Origin: Escherichia phage 4E10
DNA: 64,000 nt
Reading direction: 5' to 3' (one strand)
Sequence record: OQ689735.1
Shown: positions 9,823 through 20,644 of the stretch, one piece after another
Layout: every line of letters starts with the position of its first letter
How positions within the stretch are numbered: position 1 is the stretch's first letter
Translations under genes and position numbers: made by a program
Notes under the pieces: generated by a model
Databases searched by the model: none
What the model was told of the DNA's origin: nothing
The model's input: the letters and a program-made list of their open reading frames with translations, nothing else

Positions 9823-10572
9823 ATGGCAAACATTATTCGTTGTAAATTACCAGATGGTGTTCATCGTTTTAAACCATTTACGGTAGAAGATTATCGAGAT
9901 TTTTTGTTAGTTCGAAACGATATAGAACATCGGTCACCACAAGAACAAAAAGAAATAATTGCTGATTTAATTGCTGATTATTTTGGAGACTATCCGAAGA
10001 CTTGGCAACCATTTATATTTTTGCAGGTATTTGTAGGGTCAATAGGTAAAACTAAAGTACCGGTCACATTTGTGTGTCCAAAATGTAAAAAAGAAAAGAC
10101 AGTTCCATTTGAAATATATCAAAAAGAATTAAAGGAACCTGTTTTTGATGTAGCTAATGTTAAAATTAAATTAAAGTTTCCTTCTGAGTTTTATGAAAAT
10201 AAAGCAAAGATGATTACTGAAAATATTCATTCTGTTCAAGTAGATGAAATATGGTATGATTGGAAGGAAATTAGCGAATCGAGTCAAATAGAACTTGTTG
10301 ATGCCATCGAGATAGAAACATTAGAAAAAATTCTCGATGCAATGAATCCTATTAATTTAACATTGCATATGTCATGTTGTAATAAGTATGTAAAAAAATA
10401 CACTGATATAGTAGATGTGTTTAAGCTATTAGTTAACCCAGATGAAATATTTACTTTTTATCAAATCAATCACACGCTCGTAAAAAGTAATTATAGCTTA
10501 AATTCAATAATGAAAATGATTCCTGCTGAGCGCGGATTCGTATTAAAACTGATTGAGAAGGATAAACAATAA
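9823..10572 (+). CDS. 51: baseplate hub assembly protein gp51
   Basis: 249 aa at the T4 gene 51 position. Confidence 0.85.
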   Translation: MANIIRCKLPDGVHRFKPFTVEDYRDFLLVRNDIEHRSPQEQKEIIADLIADYFGDYPKTWQPFIFLQVFVGSIGKTKVPVTFVCPKCKKEKTVPFEIYQKELKEPVFDVANVKIKLKFPSEFYENKAKMITENIHSVQVDEIWYDWKEISESSQIELVDAIEIETLEKILDAMNPINLTLHMSCCNKYVKKYTDIVDVFKLLVNPDEIFTFYQINHTLVKSNYSLNSIMKMIPAERGFVLKLIEKDKQ

Positions 10573-11747
10573 TGAGTATGTTGCAACGCCCAGGATATCC
10601 AAATCTCAGCGTTAAATTATTTGATAGCTACGACGCTTGGAGTAATAATAGATTTGTTGAATTAGCTGCTACTATTACCACATTAACTATGCGGGATTCT
10701 CTTTATGGCCGAAATGAAGGAATGCTGCAGTTTTATGATTCTAAAAATATCCATACAAAAATGGATGGAAATGAAATAATTCAGATTTCTGTAGCTAATG
10801 CAAACGATATTAATAATGTTAAAACACGAATTTATGGATGTAAGCATTTTTCCGTGTCAGTAGATTCAAAGGGTGATAACATCATTGCTATTGAATTGGG
10901 AACTATTCATTCTATAGAAAATCTTAAATTTGGCAGACCGTTTTTCTCTGATGCAGGTGAATCTATAAAGGAAATGCTTGGTGTCATTTATCAGGATCGC
11001 ACGTTATTAACTCCAGCAATAAATGCTATAAATGCTTATGTTCCTGATATTCCATGGACTAGCACATTTGAAAACTATTTGTCGTATGTCAGAGAAGTTG
11101 CTCTAGCTGTAGGAAGTGACAAATTTGTATTTGTGTGGCAAGACATCATGGGAGTTAACATGATGGACTATGATATGATGATAAATCAAGAACCATATCC
11201 AATGATTGTCGGTGAGCCATCTTTAATAGGTCAATTCATCCAAGAATTAAAATATCCATTAGCATATGATTTCGTTTGGTTGACTAAATCGAATCCTCAC
11301 AAACGCGACCCAATGAAAAATGCTACTATTTATGCTCATTCATTTTTAGATTCTTCATTGCCAATGATTACTACAGGAAAGGGAGAAAACTCTATTGTAG
11401 TATCAAGGTCAGGTGCTTATTCTGAAATGACTTATAGGAATGGCTATGAAGAAGCTATTCGTCTTCAAACTATGGCGCAATATGACGGCTATGCTAAATG
11501 TTCTACTGTCGGTAATTTTAACTTGACTCCTGGCGTTAAAATTATTTTTAATGATAGTAAAAACCAATTTAAAACAGAATTTTACGTTGATGAAGTTATC
11601 CATGAATTATCCAATAATAATTCAGTAACTCATCTATATATGTTCACTAATGCAACGAAACTGGAAACAATAGACCCAGTTAAGGTTAAAAATGAATTTA
11701 AATCTGATACTACCACTGAAGAAAGTAGTTCTTCCAATAAGCAATAA
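10572..11747 (+). CDS. 27: baseplate hub subunit gp27
   Basis: 391 aa, T4 gp27 length and position. Confidence 0.9.
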   Translation: MSMLQRPGYPNLSVKLFDSYDAWSNNRFVELAATITTLTMRDSLYGRNEGMLQFYDSKNIHTKMDGNEIIQISVANANDINNVKTRIYGCKHFSVSVDSKGDNIIAIELGTIHSIENLKFGRPFFSDAGESIKEMLGVIYQDRTLLTPAINAINAYVPDIPWTSTFENYLSYVREVALAVGSDKFVFVWQDIMGVNMMDYDMMINQEPYPMIVGEPSLIGQFIQELKYPLAYDFVWLTKSNPHKRDPMKNATIYAHSFLDSSLPMITTGKGENSIVVSRSGAYSEMTYRNGYEEAIRLQTMAQYDGYAKCSTVGNFNLTPGVKIIFNDSKNQFKTEFYVDEVIHELSNNNSVTHLYMFTNATKLETIDPVKVKNEFKSDTTTEESSSSNKQ

Positions 11748-12225
11748 AGAAGTTTCTATTCCTAAAATGGGTCTTAAACATTATAACATTTTAAAAGATG
11801 TTAAAGGTCCTGATGAAAATTTAAAACTTCTTATTGATTCTATTTGTCCGAATTTATCACCAGCAGAAGTTGATTTTGTTTCTATTCATTTATTGGAATT
11901 TAATGGAAAGATTAAATCTCGTAAAGAAATAGATGGTTATACTTATGACATTAATGATGTTTATGTGTGCCAAAGATTAGAATTTCAATACCAAGGAAAT
12001 ACATTTTATTTTAGACCTCCTGGAAAATTTGAACAATTTTTAACAGTGAGCGATATGTTATCCAAATGCTTGCTTAAGGTCAATGATGAAGTTAAAGAAA
12101 TTAATTTTCTTGAGATGCCAGCATTCGTTTTAAAATGGGCAAATGATATTTTTACAACTTTAGCAATTCCTGGCCCTAATGGTCCAATAACTGGAATTGG
12201 TAATATTATTGGATTATTTGAATGA
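11692..12225 (+). CDS. 28: baseplate hub distal subunit gp28
   Basis: 177 aa; overlaps gene 27 end. Confidence 0.8.
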   Translation: MNLNLILPLKKVVLPISNKEVSIPKMGLKHYNILKDVKGPDENLKLLIDSICPNLSPAEVDFVSIHLLEFNGKIKSRKEIDGYTYDINDVYVCQRLEFQYQGNTFYFRPPGKFEQFLTVSDMLSKCLLKVNDEVKEINFLEMPAFVLKWANDIFTTLAIPGPNGPITGIGNIIGLFE

Positions 12226-13994
12226 AAAAGCCACAAGAAATGCAAACGATGCGTAGAAAAGTTATTTCAGATAATAAACCAACACAGGAAGCGGCTAAAT
12301 CCGCTTCCAATACTCTATCTGGACTTAACGATATATCTACGAAATTGGATGATGCTCAAGCTGCTTCTGAATTAATTGCTCAAACTGTCGAAGAAAAATC
12401 GAATGAAATAATTGGAGCAATTGACAATGTAGAAAGCGCAGTGAGTGATACTACTGCTGGTTCTGAGTTAATTGCTGAAACTGTCGAAATTGGCAATAAT
12501 ATTAATAAAGAAATCGGTGAATCGCTCGGAAGTAAATTAGATAAATTAACGAGTTTACTCGAGCAAAAAATCCAGACAGCCGGAATTCAACAAACAGGAA
12601 CTAGTTTAGCTACGGTTGAAAGCGCTATTCCTGTTAAAGTTGTTGAGGACGATACAGCTGAATCTGTGGGTCCTTTATTACCAGCTCCTGAAGCAGTTAA
12701 TAATGATCCTGATGCTGATTTTTTCCCTACCCCTCAACCAGTTGAACCCAAACAAGAATCGCCAGAAGAAAAACAGAAAAAAGAAGCATTTAACTTAAAA
12801 TTATCTCAAGCTTTAGATAAATTAACAAAGACTGTTGATTTCGGATTTAAGAAATCCATTTCAATTACTGATAAAATATCAAGCATGCTATTTAAGTATA
12901 CCGTCAGTGCTGCTATTGAAGCTGCTAAAATGACTGCAATGATATTGGCTGTTGTTGTTGGAATAGACCTGTTGATGGTTCATTTCAAATATTGGTCAGA
13001 TAAATTTTCACAGGCATGGGATTTATTTAGTACAGACTTTACTAAATTCTCTAGTGAAACGGGAACATGGGGTCCTTTATTACAGAGCATCTTTAGTTCT
13101 ATCGATGAAATTAAAAAATTCTGGGAAGCGGGAGATTGGGGTGGTTTGACGGTAGCTATTGTAGAAGGGCTTGGAAAGGTTCTTTATAATTTAGGAGAAC
13201 TTATTCAGCTTGGAATGGCTAAATTATCAGCAGCAATTCTTCGAGTTATTCCTGGTATGAAGGATACCGCTGATGAAGTAGAAGGAAGAGCGCTGGAAAA
13301 TTTCCAAAATTCTACTGGAGCATCTCTCAATAAAGAAGACCAAGAAAAAGTAGCAAATTATCAAGATAAACGAATGAATGACGATCTTGGTCCAATAGCA
13401 AAAGGATTAGATAAAATTGCTAATTGGAAAACCCGTGCATCTAACTGGATTCGTGGCGTTGATAATAAAGAAGCATTGACAACCGATGAAGAACGCGCAG
13501 CAGAAGAAGAAAAATTAAAGCAACTTTCACCTGAAGAAAGAAAAAATGCTTTAATGAAAGCTAATGAAGCTCGTGCCGCGATGATTCGTTTTGAAAAATA
13601 CGCTGATTCGGCTGATATGAGTAAAGACTCAACGGTTAAATCAGTTGAAGCTGCCTATGAAGACCTTAAAAAACGAATGGATGACCCGGATTTAAATAAT
13701 TCACCGGCAGTTAAAAAAGAACTTGCTGCTAGATTTTCTAAAATTGATGCTACTTATCAAGAGCTCAAGAAAAATCAGCCTAATGCCAAGCCTGAAACTT
13801 CTGCTAAATCACCAGAAGCAAAACAAGTCCAGGTAATAGAAAAGAACAAAGCACAGCAAGCTCCTGTTCAACAAGCATCTCCTTCGATCAATAATACTAA
13901 TAATGTTGTTAAGAAAAATACTGTCGTTCATAATATGACACCCGTAACGAGCACGACTGCTCCTGGTGTATTTGATGCGACTGGAGTTAATTAA
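12222..13994 (+). CDS. 29: baseplate hub/tail tube tape-measure protein gp29
   Basis: 590 aa, T4 gp29 length; ATGA overlap with gene 28. Confidence 0.85.
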   Translation: MKKPQEMQTMRRKVISDNKPTQEAAKSASNTLSGLNDISTKLDDAQAASELIAQTVEEKSNEIIGAIDNVESAVSDTTAGSELIAETVEIGNNINKEIGESLGSKLDKLTSLLEQKIQTAGIQQTGTSLATVESAIPVKVVEDDTAESVGPLLPAPEAVNNDPDADFFPTPQPVEPKQESPEEKQKKEAFNLKLSQALDKLTKTVDFGFKKSISITDKISSMLFKYTVSAAIEAAKMTAMILAVVVGIDLLMVHFKYWSDKFSQAWDLFSTDFTKFSSETGTWGPLLQSIFSSIDEIKKFWEAGDWGGLTVAIVEGLGKVLYNLGELIQLGMAKLSAAILRVIPGMKDTADEVEGRALENFQNSTGASLNKEDQEKVANYQDKRMNDDLGPIAKGLDKIANWKTRASNWIRGVDNKEALTTDEERAAEEEKLKQLSPEERKNALMKANEARAAMIRFEKYADSADMSKDSTVKSVEAAYEDLKKRMDDPDLNNSPAVKKELAARFSKIDATYQELKKNQPNAKPETSAKSPEAKQVQVIEKNKAQQAPVQQASPSINNTNNVVKKNTVVHNMTPVTSTTAPGVFDATGVN

Positions 13995-14002
13995 GGAATA
14001 AT

Positions 14003-15097
14003 ATGGCAATTGTTAAAGAAATAACTGCTGATTTAATTAAAAAGTCCGGCGAGAAAATTTCAGCCGGACAGAGTACTAAATCAGAAGTAGCAACTAAAAC
14101 ATACACCGCCCAGTTTCCAACTGGGCGTGCTAGTGGTAATGACACTACAGGGGACTTCCAGGTAACAGATCTATATAAGAATGGATTATTATTTACTGCA
14201 TACAATATGTCATCTAGGGATTCTGGAAGTCTTAGATCGATGAGATCTAACTACTCTTCTTCATCTTCGAGTATTTTAAGTACAGCTAGAAACACTATTA
14301 GTAGTACAGTATCAAAACTATCAAATGGATTAATATCAAACAATAATTCAGGAACAATAAGTAAAGCTCCTGTCGCAAACATTCTTTTACCGAGATCTAA
14401 ATCTGACGTTGATACATCATCACATAGATTTAATGATGTTCAAGAAAGTCTTATCAGCAGAGGCGGAGGTACTGCTACTGGTGTGTTAAGTAATATTGCT
14501 TCAACTGCAGTATTTGGGGCACTGGAAAGTATAACACAAGGTATAATGGCTGATAATAATGAACAGATTTATACGACAGCCAGAAGTATGTATGGTGGTG
14601 CTGAGAATAGAACTAAAGTGTTTACATGGGATTTGACTCCACGTTCAACAGAAGATTTGATGGCTATTATCAATATCTATCAATATTTTAACTATTTTTC
14701 TTATGGTGAAACGGGCAAATCTCAATATGCTGCTGAAATAAAGGGGTATTTAGATGATTGGTATCGTTCTACGTTAATTGAACCTTTATCTCCGGAAGAC
14801 GCAGCTAAAAATAAAACACTATTTGAGAAAATGACATCGAGTTTAACTAACGTTCTAGTAGTTTCAAACCCGACAATTTGGATGGTGAAAAACTTTGGTG
14901 CAACGTCTAAGTTTGATGGAAAAACGGAAATATTTGGCCCATGCCAAATACAGAGCATCAGATTTGATAAAACACCTAATGGTAACTTTAACGGATTAGC
15001 TATTGCTCCAAACCTCCCTAGTACATTTACTCTTGAGATTACTATGAGAGAAATTATCACGTTAAACCGTGCTTCTTTATATGCGGGGACTTTTTAA
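14003..15097 (+). CDS. 48: baseplate tail-tube junction protein gp48
   Basis: 364 aa, T4 gp48 length. Confidence 0.85.
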   Translation: MAIVKEITADLIKKSGEKISAGQSTKSEVATKTYTAQFPTGRASGNDTTGDFQVTDLYKNGLLFTAYNMSSRDSGSLRSMRSNYSSSSSSILSTARNTISSTVSKLSNGLISNNNSGTISKAPVANILLPRSKSDVDTSSHRFNDVQESLISRGGGTATGVLSNIASTAVFGALESITQGIMADNNEQIYTTARSMYGGAENRTKVFTWDLTPRSTEDLMAIINIYQYFNYFSYGETGKSQYAAEIKGYLDDWYRSTLIEPLSPEDAAKNKTLFEKMTSSLTNVLVVSNPTIWMVKNFGATSKFDGKTEIFGPCQIQSIRFDKTPNGNFNGLAIAPNLPSTFTLEITMREIITLNRASLYAGTF

Positions 15098-16062
15098 TGT
15101 ATTCTTTAGAGGAATTTAATAATCAAGCAATAAACGCAGATTTTCAACGTAATAATATGTTTAGCTGCGTTTTTGCGACAACTCCATCAACTAAAAGCTC
15201 TTCGTTGATAAGTTCAATTAGCAACTTTTCTTATAATAACTTGGGTCTAAATTCAGACTGGTTAGGATTGTCTCAAGGCGATATTAATCAGGGAATTACC
15301 ACGCTAATTACTGCTGGCACACAAAAACTGATAAGAAAATCAGGTGTTAGTAAATATCTTATTGGTGCCATGAGTCAACGCACAGTTCAAAGTTTATTGG
15401 GCTCATTTACAGTTGGTACATATTTAATTGACTTCTTTAATATGGCATATAACTCATCTGGGTTGATGATATATTCTGTAAAAATGCCAGAGAATAGATT
15501 ATCCTATGAAACTGACTGGAACTATAACTCTCCTAATATTCGTATAACTGGGAGAGAATTAGACCCTTTGGTTATTTCATTTAGAATGGATTCAGAAGCT
15601 TGTAACTATCGTGCAATGCAAGACTGGGTTAACGCTGTTCAAGACCCAGTAACTGGACTGCGTGCTTTGCCACAAGATGTCGAGGCAGATATTCAGGTTA
15701 ATCTTCATGCTCGTAATGGATTACCTCATACTGCAGTGATGTTCACCGGATGCATTCCAGTGTCAGTGAGCGCTCCTGAGTTATCATATGATGGAGATAA
15801 CCAAATAACTACATTTGATGTTACTTTTGCGTATAGAGTCATGCAGGCTGGGTCGGTTGATAGACAAGCTGCGCTTGAGTGGCTTGAATCTGCTGCTATA
15901 AATGGCATTCAAAGCGTTCTCGGAAATAGCGGAGGTGTTACTGGATTATCTAATTCGCTTTCACGACTTAGTAGATTAGGGGGAACTGCTGGAAGCATTT
16001 CAAACATTAATACTATGACAGGAATTGTCAACTCGCAAAGTAAAATATTAGGAGCAATATAA
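15097..16062 (+). CDS. 54: baseplate tail-tube initiator gp54
   Basis: 321 aa; ATGA-type overlap with gene 48. Confidence 0.85.
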   Translation: MYSLEEFNNQAINADFQRNNMFSCVFATTPSTKSSSLISSISNFSYNNLGLNSDWLGLSQGDINQGITTLITAGTQKLIRKSGVSKYLIGAMSQRTVQSLLGSFTVGTYLIDFFNMAYNSSGLMIYSVKMPENRLSYETDWNYNSPNIRITGRELDPLVISFRMDSEACNYRAMQDWVNAVQDPVTGLRALPQDVEADIQVNLHARNGLPHTAVMFTGCIPVSVSAPELSYDGDNQITTFDVTFAYRVMQAGSVDRQAALEWLESAAINGIQSVLGNSGGVTGLSNSLSRLSRLGGTAGSISNINTMTGIVNSQSKILGAI

Positions 16063-16064
16063 CA

Positions 16065-16086
16065 ATGGGGACCGAAAGGTCCCCAT
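16065..16086. terminator. strong stem-loop atggggacc-gaaa-ggtccccat with T-run
   Basis: 9-bp stem with GNRA loop between convergent gene 54 and a minus-strand early gene. Confidence 0.65.
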
Positions 16087-16090
16087 ATTT

Positions 16091-16381
16091 TTATTTACGG
16101 AATGAAATAAAAGCAGCAACTGAAGCAACTAAACTGTCTTCAATATAAACTTCAATTTTTACCGGAGCTTCTGACTCAAATTTACCTGTTACTACACCTT
16201 GGAAAATGCTTTCAGTCTGTTCTGGCTTTGAAAAATTTTCAGAAGGAAAAATTCCAAACTTTTTATCTGTTCCAAAAATTTTGATAAATTCATCATAAAC
16301 TGCTTCATTAAAAGCGTTATCAGCAGGAATAACGCCTTCAACTACAAGTTCTTGACCTAAAAAGCGTAAAGAAGATTTCAT
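16091..16381 (-). CDS. hypothetical 96-aa early protein downstream of alt paralog
   Basis: ATG with GAGGAA RBS driven by a conserved early promoter cassette. Confidence 0.6.
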   Translation of the reverse strand: MKSSLRFLGQELVVEGVIPADNAFNEAVYDEFIKIFGTDKKFGIFPSENFSKPEQTESIFQGVVTGKFESEAPVKIEVYIEDSLVASVAAFISFRK

Positions 16382-16390
16382 TTTGTGTTC

Positions 16391-16442
16391 CTCATGTTAT
16401 GTCAGTAAGATTATTATAACACAACACGAGGGACTTGTAAAC
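16391..16442 (-). repeat. conserved promoter-leader cassette, copy 1 (near-identical to 32183-32238)
   Basis: ~53 nt nearly identical in both copies; carries early promoter, leader and RBS. Confidence 0.8.
16413..16441 (-). promoter_or_regulatory. T4-type early promoter (TTTACA -35, 17 nt, TATAAT -10)
   Basis: minus strand GTTTACAAG..N17..TATAAT upstream of the 96-aa ORF. Confidence 0.6.
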
Positions 16443-18499
16443 TACATCTTGAACTTTTTAGACATTCCGTTGATGTTAACCAAAGAAGCCAAGATTTGAG
16501 AAACTTCGTTTTCCTCTTCTTTTGATTCTTCTACAAGGAATTGATTAAACCCAGCCATTGGACGAACTTCGCCAGTTTCCATTAGATGATCGCCATCATA
16601 TACCGATTCTTCTAATTGTTCAGAAGGAGGAACGATTGTGCCTTCGATTAGATACTTGTTATAAGCAGTTTCTTTCATCATGTACGTGCTTACTTTATTA
16701 ATCTTCAACAAAATTCCACGCGGTAGAATAACTTCAGCTTCTGATGGAAATCCCGATAAATGACCTGGAACGATAACTTTGATTCGCTCAGCCCCTTTAA
16801 TTACCATACCTACGCTAGTTTCAGCATCTTCATTCGCATAAGCAGAATGACTACCCATATGCATCAAATCTTCTGCATCAACAGAACCTTCTCCTTCGCC
16901 AGAAAATACTGCACCGGAATCATCTAGAGCCATATAGTTTTTACCATGCTCACCGAAGATATTTGGTTTAAGCGATGTGGATACGAAGTTCTTGAAATAG
17001 AACATTTTGTTTTCAATGTTATGACGCAAAGTTTTAAAGGTAACTTCTTGTCCACGATAAAGCGTAGTTCCTGGAGGAAGAACTGATCCTTTGGCGAATG
17101 CAGAATCCAGAGTCTCGATGTGCTTAATAGCTCTTTCCATGTATTCTTCACGGGTAGAATCTGGTTTACCCAAAAGGAACGAGTTCATTTCAACATATGA
17201 ATCTGCACAATAATCTTCAATTACATCAGATTCAGCCTGAGTCAGTCCTTTTGGAGTTACTTCGGTGCTTGCGTATTCATATGCCTGAGCAGCAGATTCA
17301 TTAATCAATTTATAAATGCCATTCATGACAAATTGAATAATAGCTACCTTTTCGTCTGGTGTGGCTTTAGAACCTTTAACTAAATCATTGATAATTTTCT
17401 TAATAACATCAAAGCTATTAGAAATATTAATGTCAGCTAGATCGCTCAAAATTTTATCGGTTTTATAATCAAAAAATTCTTTATTCTTTAAATATTCTTG
17501 AGAACCTTGATGTGTTATATCGCTCTGCAGTCTGATAGACGGATCACGTAAACGTGCATGGGCCAATGCAATATGATTTCGGAAGCTTTCTAGTTCATAA
17601 TCGTTAGATTTAAAACGAGAAGCACTTCTCATACCACCGATAGCTCCTTTGCCGAAGTTTGAACCAATCTGAATAACGCCAGAGTTCATTGGTCCTTCTG
17701 CTTTATATACCGGAACTTTAGATTCAAACTCTTGATATTTCTTAGCGGCGAAGCTATCACCCTGTAGCGAAGCATCGACAGTAGAATATTGAGCTTGTGC
17801 TGCTAATCGACGACTAATTTTAGTTTTCTGAATAACAGCTTGATCCGTGCGCTTATCATTTTCTAAAGCAATAGAAGCAGCAACAGCAACAGCTTTAGGA
17901 ACAGCATTACCTGTTTTAACGTCTACATAAACATCACCAACCTTTGATTCAACTTTTGTGAATAACTCAGTTGAAATAGGAGGTACACCTGGAATGTCTT
18001 CTAAATTGGCATTTTTACGGTAAACCATAATATATGCATACTTTTTATCATAGTCCCAGATTTCCTTTAAAAGAACATATCGACCTGCTCCTTTAGTACG
18101 TACTAAACGGTCAGCAATAACTTGCATTTGACGAGCTGCGCCATTTGTTTTACTTTTTAGTACGCGGAATAAGCATGCGTCGATTTTATACTGCTTCATT
18201 GTTTGAAGAGCAGTATCAAAAACCGCATTAATGACGCCAATTGGATTTCCACCCAAGTTTCTAAGTTTAACCAGCGATAATTTCTCGTTGACACCTATCA
18301 TTACGATATGCATCATTTTATCGCCTGGCTTAACGTTTTTATTTGTATCACCACCAGAGGTGTATGTACAAAATCTAAATCCAGGAAGCACACTTTCTTC
18401 GCCGGCTTGAATAGCAAAAATTTGTGGTATTTTATGCTTAGGATTTAAGTTAACAACCGGCGCCGAAGCGCCGTCAAATAATTCTGTAATAAGTTCCAT
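16442..18499 (-). CDS. Alt-like ADP-ribosyltransferase, second paralog
   Basis: 685 aa; N-terminus MELITELFD and C-terminal R-S-E motifs (LYRGQ, FVSTSL, EAEVILPRG) parallel the upstream Alt. Confidence 0.8.
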   Translation of the reverse strand: MELITELFDGASAPVVNLNPKHKIPQIFAIQAGEESVLPGFRFCTYTSGGDTNKNVKPGDKMMHIVMIGVNEKLSLVKLRNLGGNPIGVINAVFDTALQTMKQYKIDACLFRVLKSKTNGAARQMQVIADRLVRTKGAGRYVLLKEIWDYDKKYAYIMVYRKNANLEDIPGVPPISTELFTKVESKVGDVYVDVKTGNAVPKAVAVAASIALENDKRTDQAVIQKTKISRRLAAQAQYSTVDASLQGDSFAAKKYQEFESKVPVYKAEGPMNSGVIQIGSNFGKGAIGGMRSASRFKSNDYELESFRNHIALAHARLRDPSIRLQSDITHQGSQEYLKNKEFFDYKTDKILSDLADINISNSFDVIKKIINDLVKGSKATPDEKVAIIQFVMNGIYKLINESAAQAYEYASTEVTPKGLTQAESDVIEDYCADSYVEMNSFLLGKPDSTREEYMERAIKHIETLDSAFAKGSVLPPGTTLYRGQEVTFKTLRHNIENKMFYFKNFVSTSLKPNIFGEHGKNYMALDDSGAVFSGEGEGSVDAEDLMHMGSHSAYANEDAETSVGMVIKGAERIKVIVPGHLSGFPSEAEVILPRGILLKINKVSTYMMKETAYNKYLIEGTIVPPSEQLEESVYDGDHLMETGEVRPMAGFNQFLVEESKEEENEVSQILASLVNINGMSKKFKM

Positions 18500-18502
18500 G
18501 AT

Positions 18503-20590
18503 TTATCCTTGAACGAACTTGTAAGGCATGTTTGTAATATCTATGCAAGACGCAATAATTCCAAGAGATGATTCGACTTTCTGTTTAACATTTGATGAAA
18601 CAAATGACGCAAAATCAACTCTGTCTTCTATATCACCTGTCATTGTAACCAATTCACCAGTTTCCATTAAATGGTCTCCGTCATAGATTACCGATTCGGT
18701 GAGTTCTTCTGTGGTCATAACTTCAGCTTGAATGAGTTTTGTATTATTAGATGTTGTTCCGTCATTATTAGAAGCATCAGTTATTTTATTAACTTTGACC
18801 ATCAATCCACGCGGTAGAATAACTTCAGCTTCTGTTGCTATTCCGAGACTTCCTGGATATACAACATTAACTTTATGAGCTCCATCAATTGCCCATCCTA
18901 TTTGAACTTTAACGTATTCAGGATTTTCTTTATACGCTCTTATTTCGTTTGGATTAATAGTTATTCCTTCTTCATTTTTATCAACTGTTAATTCATTACG
19001 AGCTTCTGGTTCTAAAAGACCAATACCAGCATGTGTGATTCCAAAACGTCCAAAAATGATAGGAGTTAAAGAAGTAGATACAAAATTTCTGAAGTAGAAC
19101 ACTTTATTTTTAACTAACGCTTCATATATAGGAGCAGTCATACTTTGAGCACGATAAACTGTAATGCCTTCTGGTATACGGTCACCATTTTCAAAAGCTG
19201 AATCTAAGTTATTTATAGCAGATTCAATTTCTTTTTCACTCATTACATCATATCGTTCTGGATTGTAGCGGCCTAAAAGAAGATTATTGATGTCAGTATA
19301 TCCTGAACCGCAATATTCTCTAATGCCACGCTTTTGCGATGGAGTATATTTAGAACCATCACGGGCAATAGTAATATCAATCATTGGACCTGCACCAATT
19401 CCGGAAAAGCTATAAATCATTCGTTTGAGGAATTTAGTTTTTGCTGCGTTCCAAGAATTTTTAGTTATTTCTTCCCAGACTTCATCTGGCTGCCCTTTAC
19501 GAGTTTTATTATGTTTATCAAGCCAATTATCTTTATATTCTTCAAAGAATTGATTAACAGCTGCTGCGTATTTCTCTAAACATTTTATTGAAGTAGTTGG
19601 TTCATTTTTAATCGCATTAAGAATTACATCTTTAATTTTTTCAGAAACTTCATTAACCTCACTTTTTGAAAAGAATTTATAGTCATAGTGAAGTTCATCT
19701 GCGGTTCCTTCGGCAATGATTTTTGCTGCCTTAGTTTTAGAAGCTAATGAATTAATTCCAAGCTTCATTTCTTCTGCTTCGGGAATTAAAGGAGCGGTAG
19801 CAGGTTTATTGAAATTAGCTGCGGTAGATTCATACTTCTGGAATAATTCACTTTCAAATCTAGAAGATTCCAACGACTGACTTTGCGCAATTGCTCTACG
19901 TGAAATTTTAACTTTAACGATTACCGCTTGGTCAGAACGTTTATCATTTTCTTGCGCAATAGATGCTGCAATTGCCTCATTTTTAGTTACTTGGGCTCCA
20001 GTATCTTTATTGATATAAACATCACCGACCTTCGATTCAACTTTAGTAAAGAGCTCGGTACTAATTTCCGGAACTCCTGGAATGTCTTCTAGTGATACAT
20101 TTTTGCGATGTATAAGAATATATGCATACTTTTTATCATAATCCCAGAGTTCCTTGAGAAGGACGTATCTGCCACCTGAACGACTACGGATAAGTCTATC
20201 AGCAATAACTTGAATTTGTCGAGCTTGTCCAGCAGTTTTAGACTTAAGAATACGAAGCATACAAGCATCAATTTTATATTGACGCATTGTTTGCATTGCA
20301 ACAGTAAAAACTGAATTGATATAATTAATTGGGCTTGGACCAAGACCTTTTAATTTAGCAATTGAACCTTTAGCAGTTAATGTAAAAGGAACAATGTGCA
20401 TCATTTTGTCGCCCATTTTTAAATCGCGATTAGTATCACCTCCAGATGTATATGTACATAAACGAAAGCCTGGTTGTTCAATTGCATCATCAACATGAAC
20501 TGAAAAAATTTGTGGTATTTTCTTCTTTGGATTTAAGTTTGTAATCGGAAGAGTAGTATCTTCGTCAAATAATTCTGTAATAAGTTCCAT
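18503..20590 (-). CDS. alt: ADP-ribosyltransferase Alt
   Basis: N-terminus MELITELFDEDTTLPITNLNPKK as in T4 Alt; R-S-E motifs VYRAQ, FVSTSL, EAEVILPRG. Confidence 0.85.
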   Translation of the reverse strand: MELITELFDEDTTLPITNLNPKKKIPQIFSVHVDDAIEQPGFRLCTYTSGGDTNRDLKMGDKMMHIVPFTLTAKGSIAKLKGLGPSPINYINSVFTVAMQTMRQYKIDACMLRILKSKTAGQARQIQVIADRLIRSRSGGRYVLLKELWDYDKKYAYILIHRKNVSLEDIPGVPEISTELFTKVESKVGDVYINKDTGAQVTKNEAIAASIAQENDKRSDQAVIVKVKISRRAIAQSQSLESSRFESELFQKYESTAANFNKPATAPLIPEAEEMKLGINSLASKTKAAKIIAEGTADELHYDYKFFSKSEVNEVSEKIKDVILNAIKNEPTTSIKCLEKYAAAVNQFFEEYKDNWLDKHNKTRKGQPDEVWEEITKNSWNAAKTKFLKRMIYSFSGIGAGPMIDITIARDGSKYTPSQKRGIREYCGSGYTDINNLLLGRYNPERYDVMSEKEIESAINNLDSAFENGDRIPEGITVYRAQSMTAPIYEALVKNKVFYFRNFVSTSLTPIIFGRFGITHAGIGLLEPEARNELTVDKNEEGITINPNEIRAYKENPEYVKVQIGWAIDGAHKVNVVYPGSLGIATEAEVILPRGLMVKVNKITDASNNDGTTSNNTKLIQAEVMTTEELTESVIYDGDHLMETGELVTMTGDIEDRVDFASFVSSNVKQKVESSLGIIASCIDITNMPYKFVQG

Positions 20591-20613
20591 CATAGCCTCT
20601 CTAGTGTTTATTC

Positions 20614-20621
20614 TATTTATA
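20614..20621 (-). promoter_or_regulatory. late promoter TATAAATA for alt
   Basis: plus-strand TATTTATA about 21 nt upstream of alt ATG; AGAGAGG RBS. Confidence 0.6.
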
Positions 20622-20626
20622 AAATT

Positions 20627-20644
20627 AAAGGCCCGAAGGCCTTT
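20627..20644 (-). terminator. stem-loop aaaggcc-cgaa-ggccttt
   Basis: 7-bp GC stem with tetraloop just after the stop of the 62-aa ORF. Confidence 0.5.
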
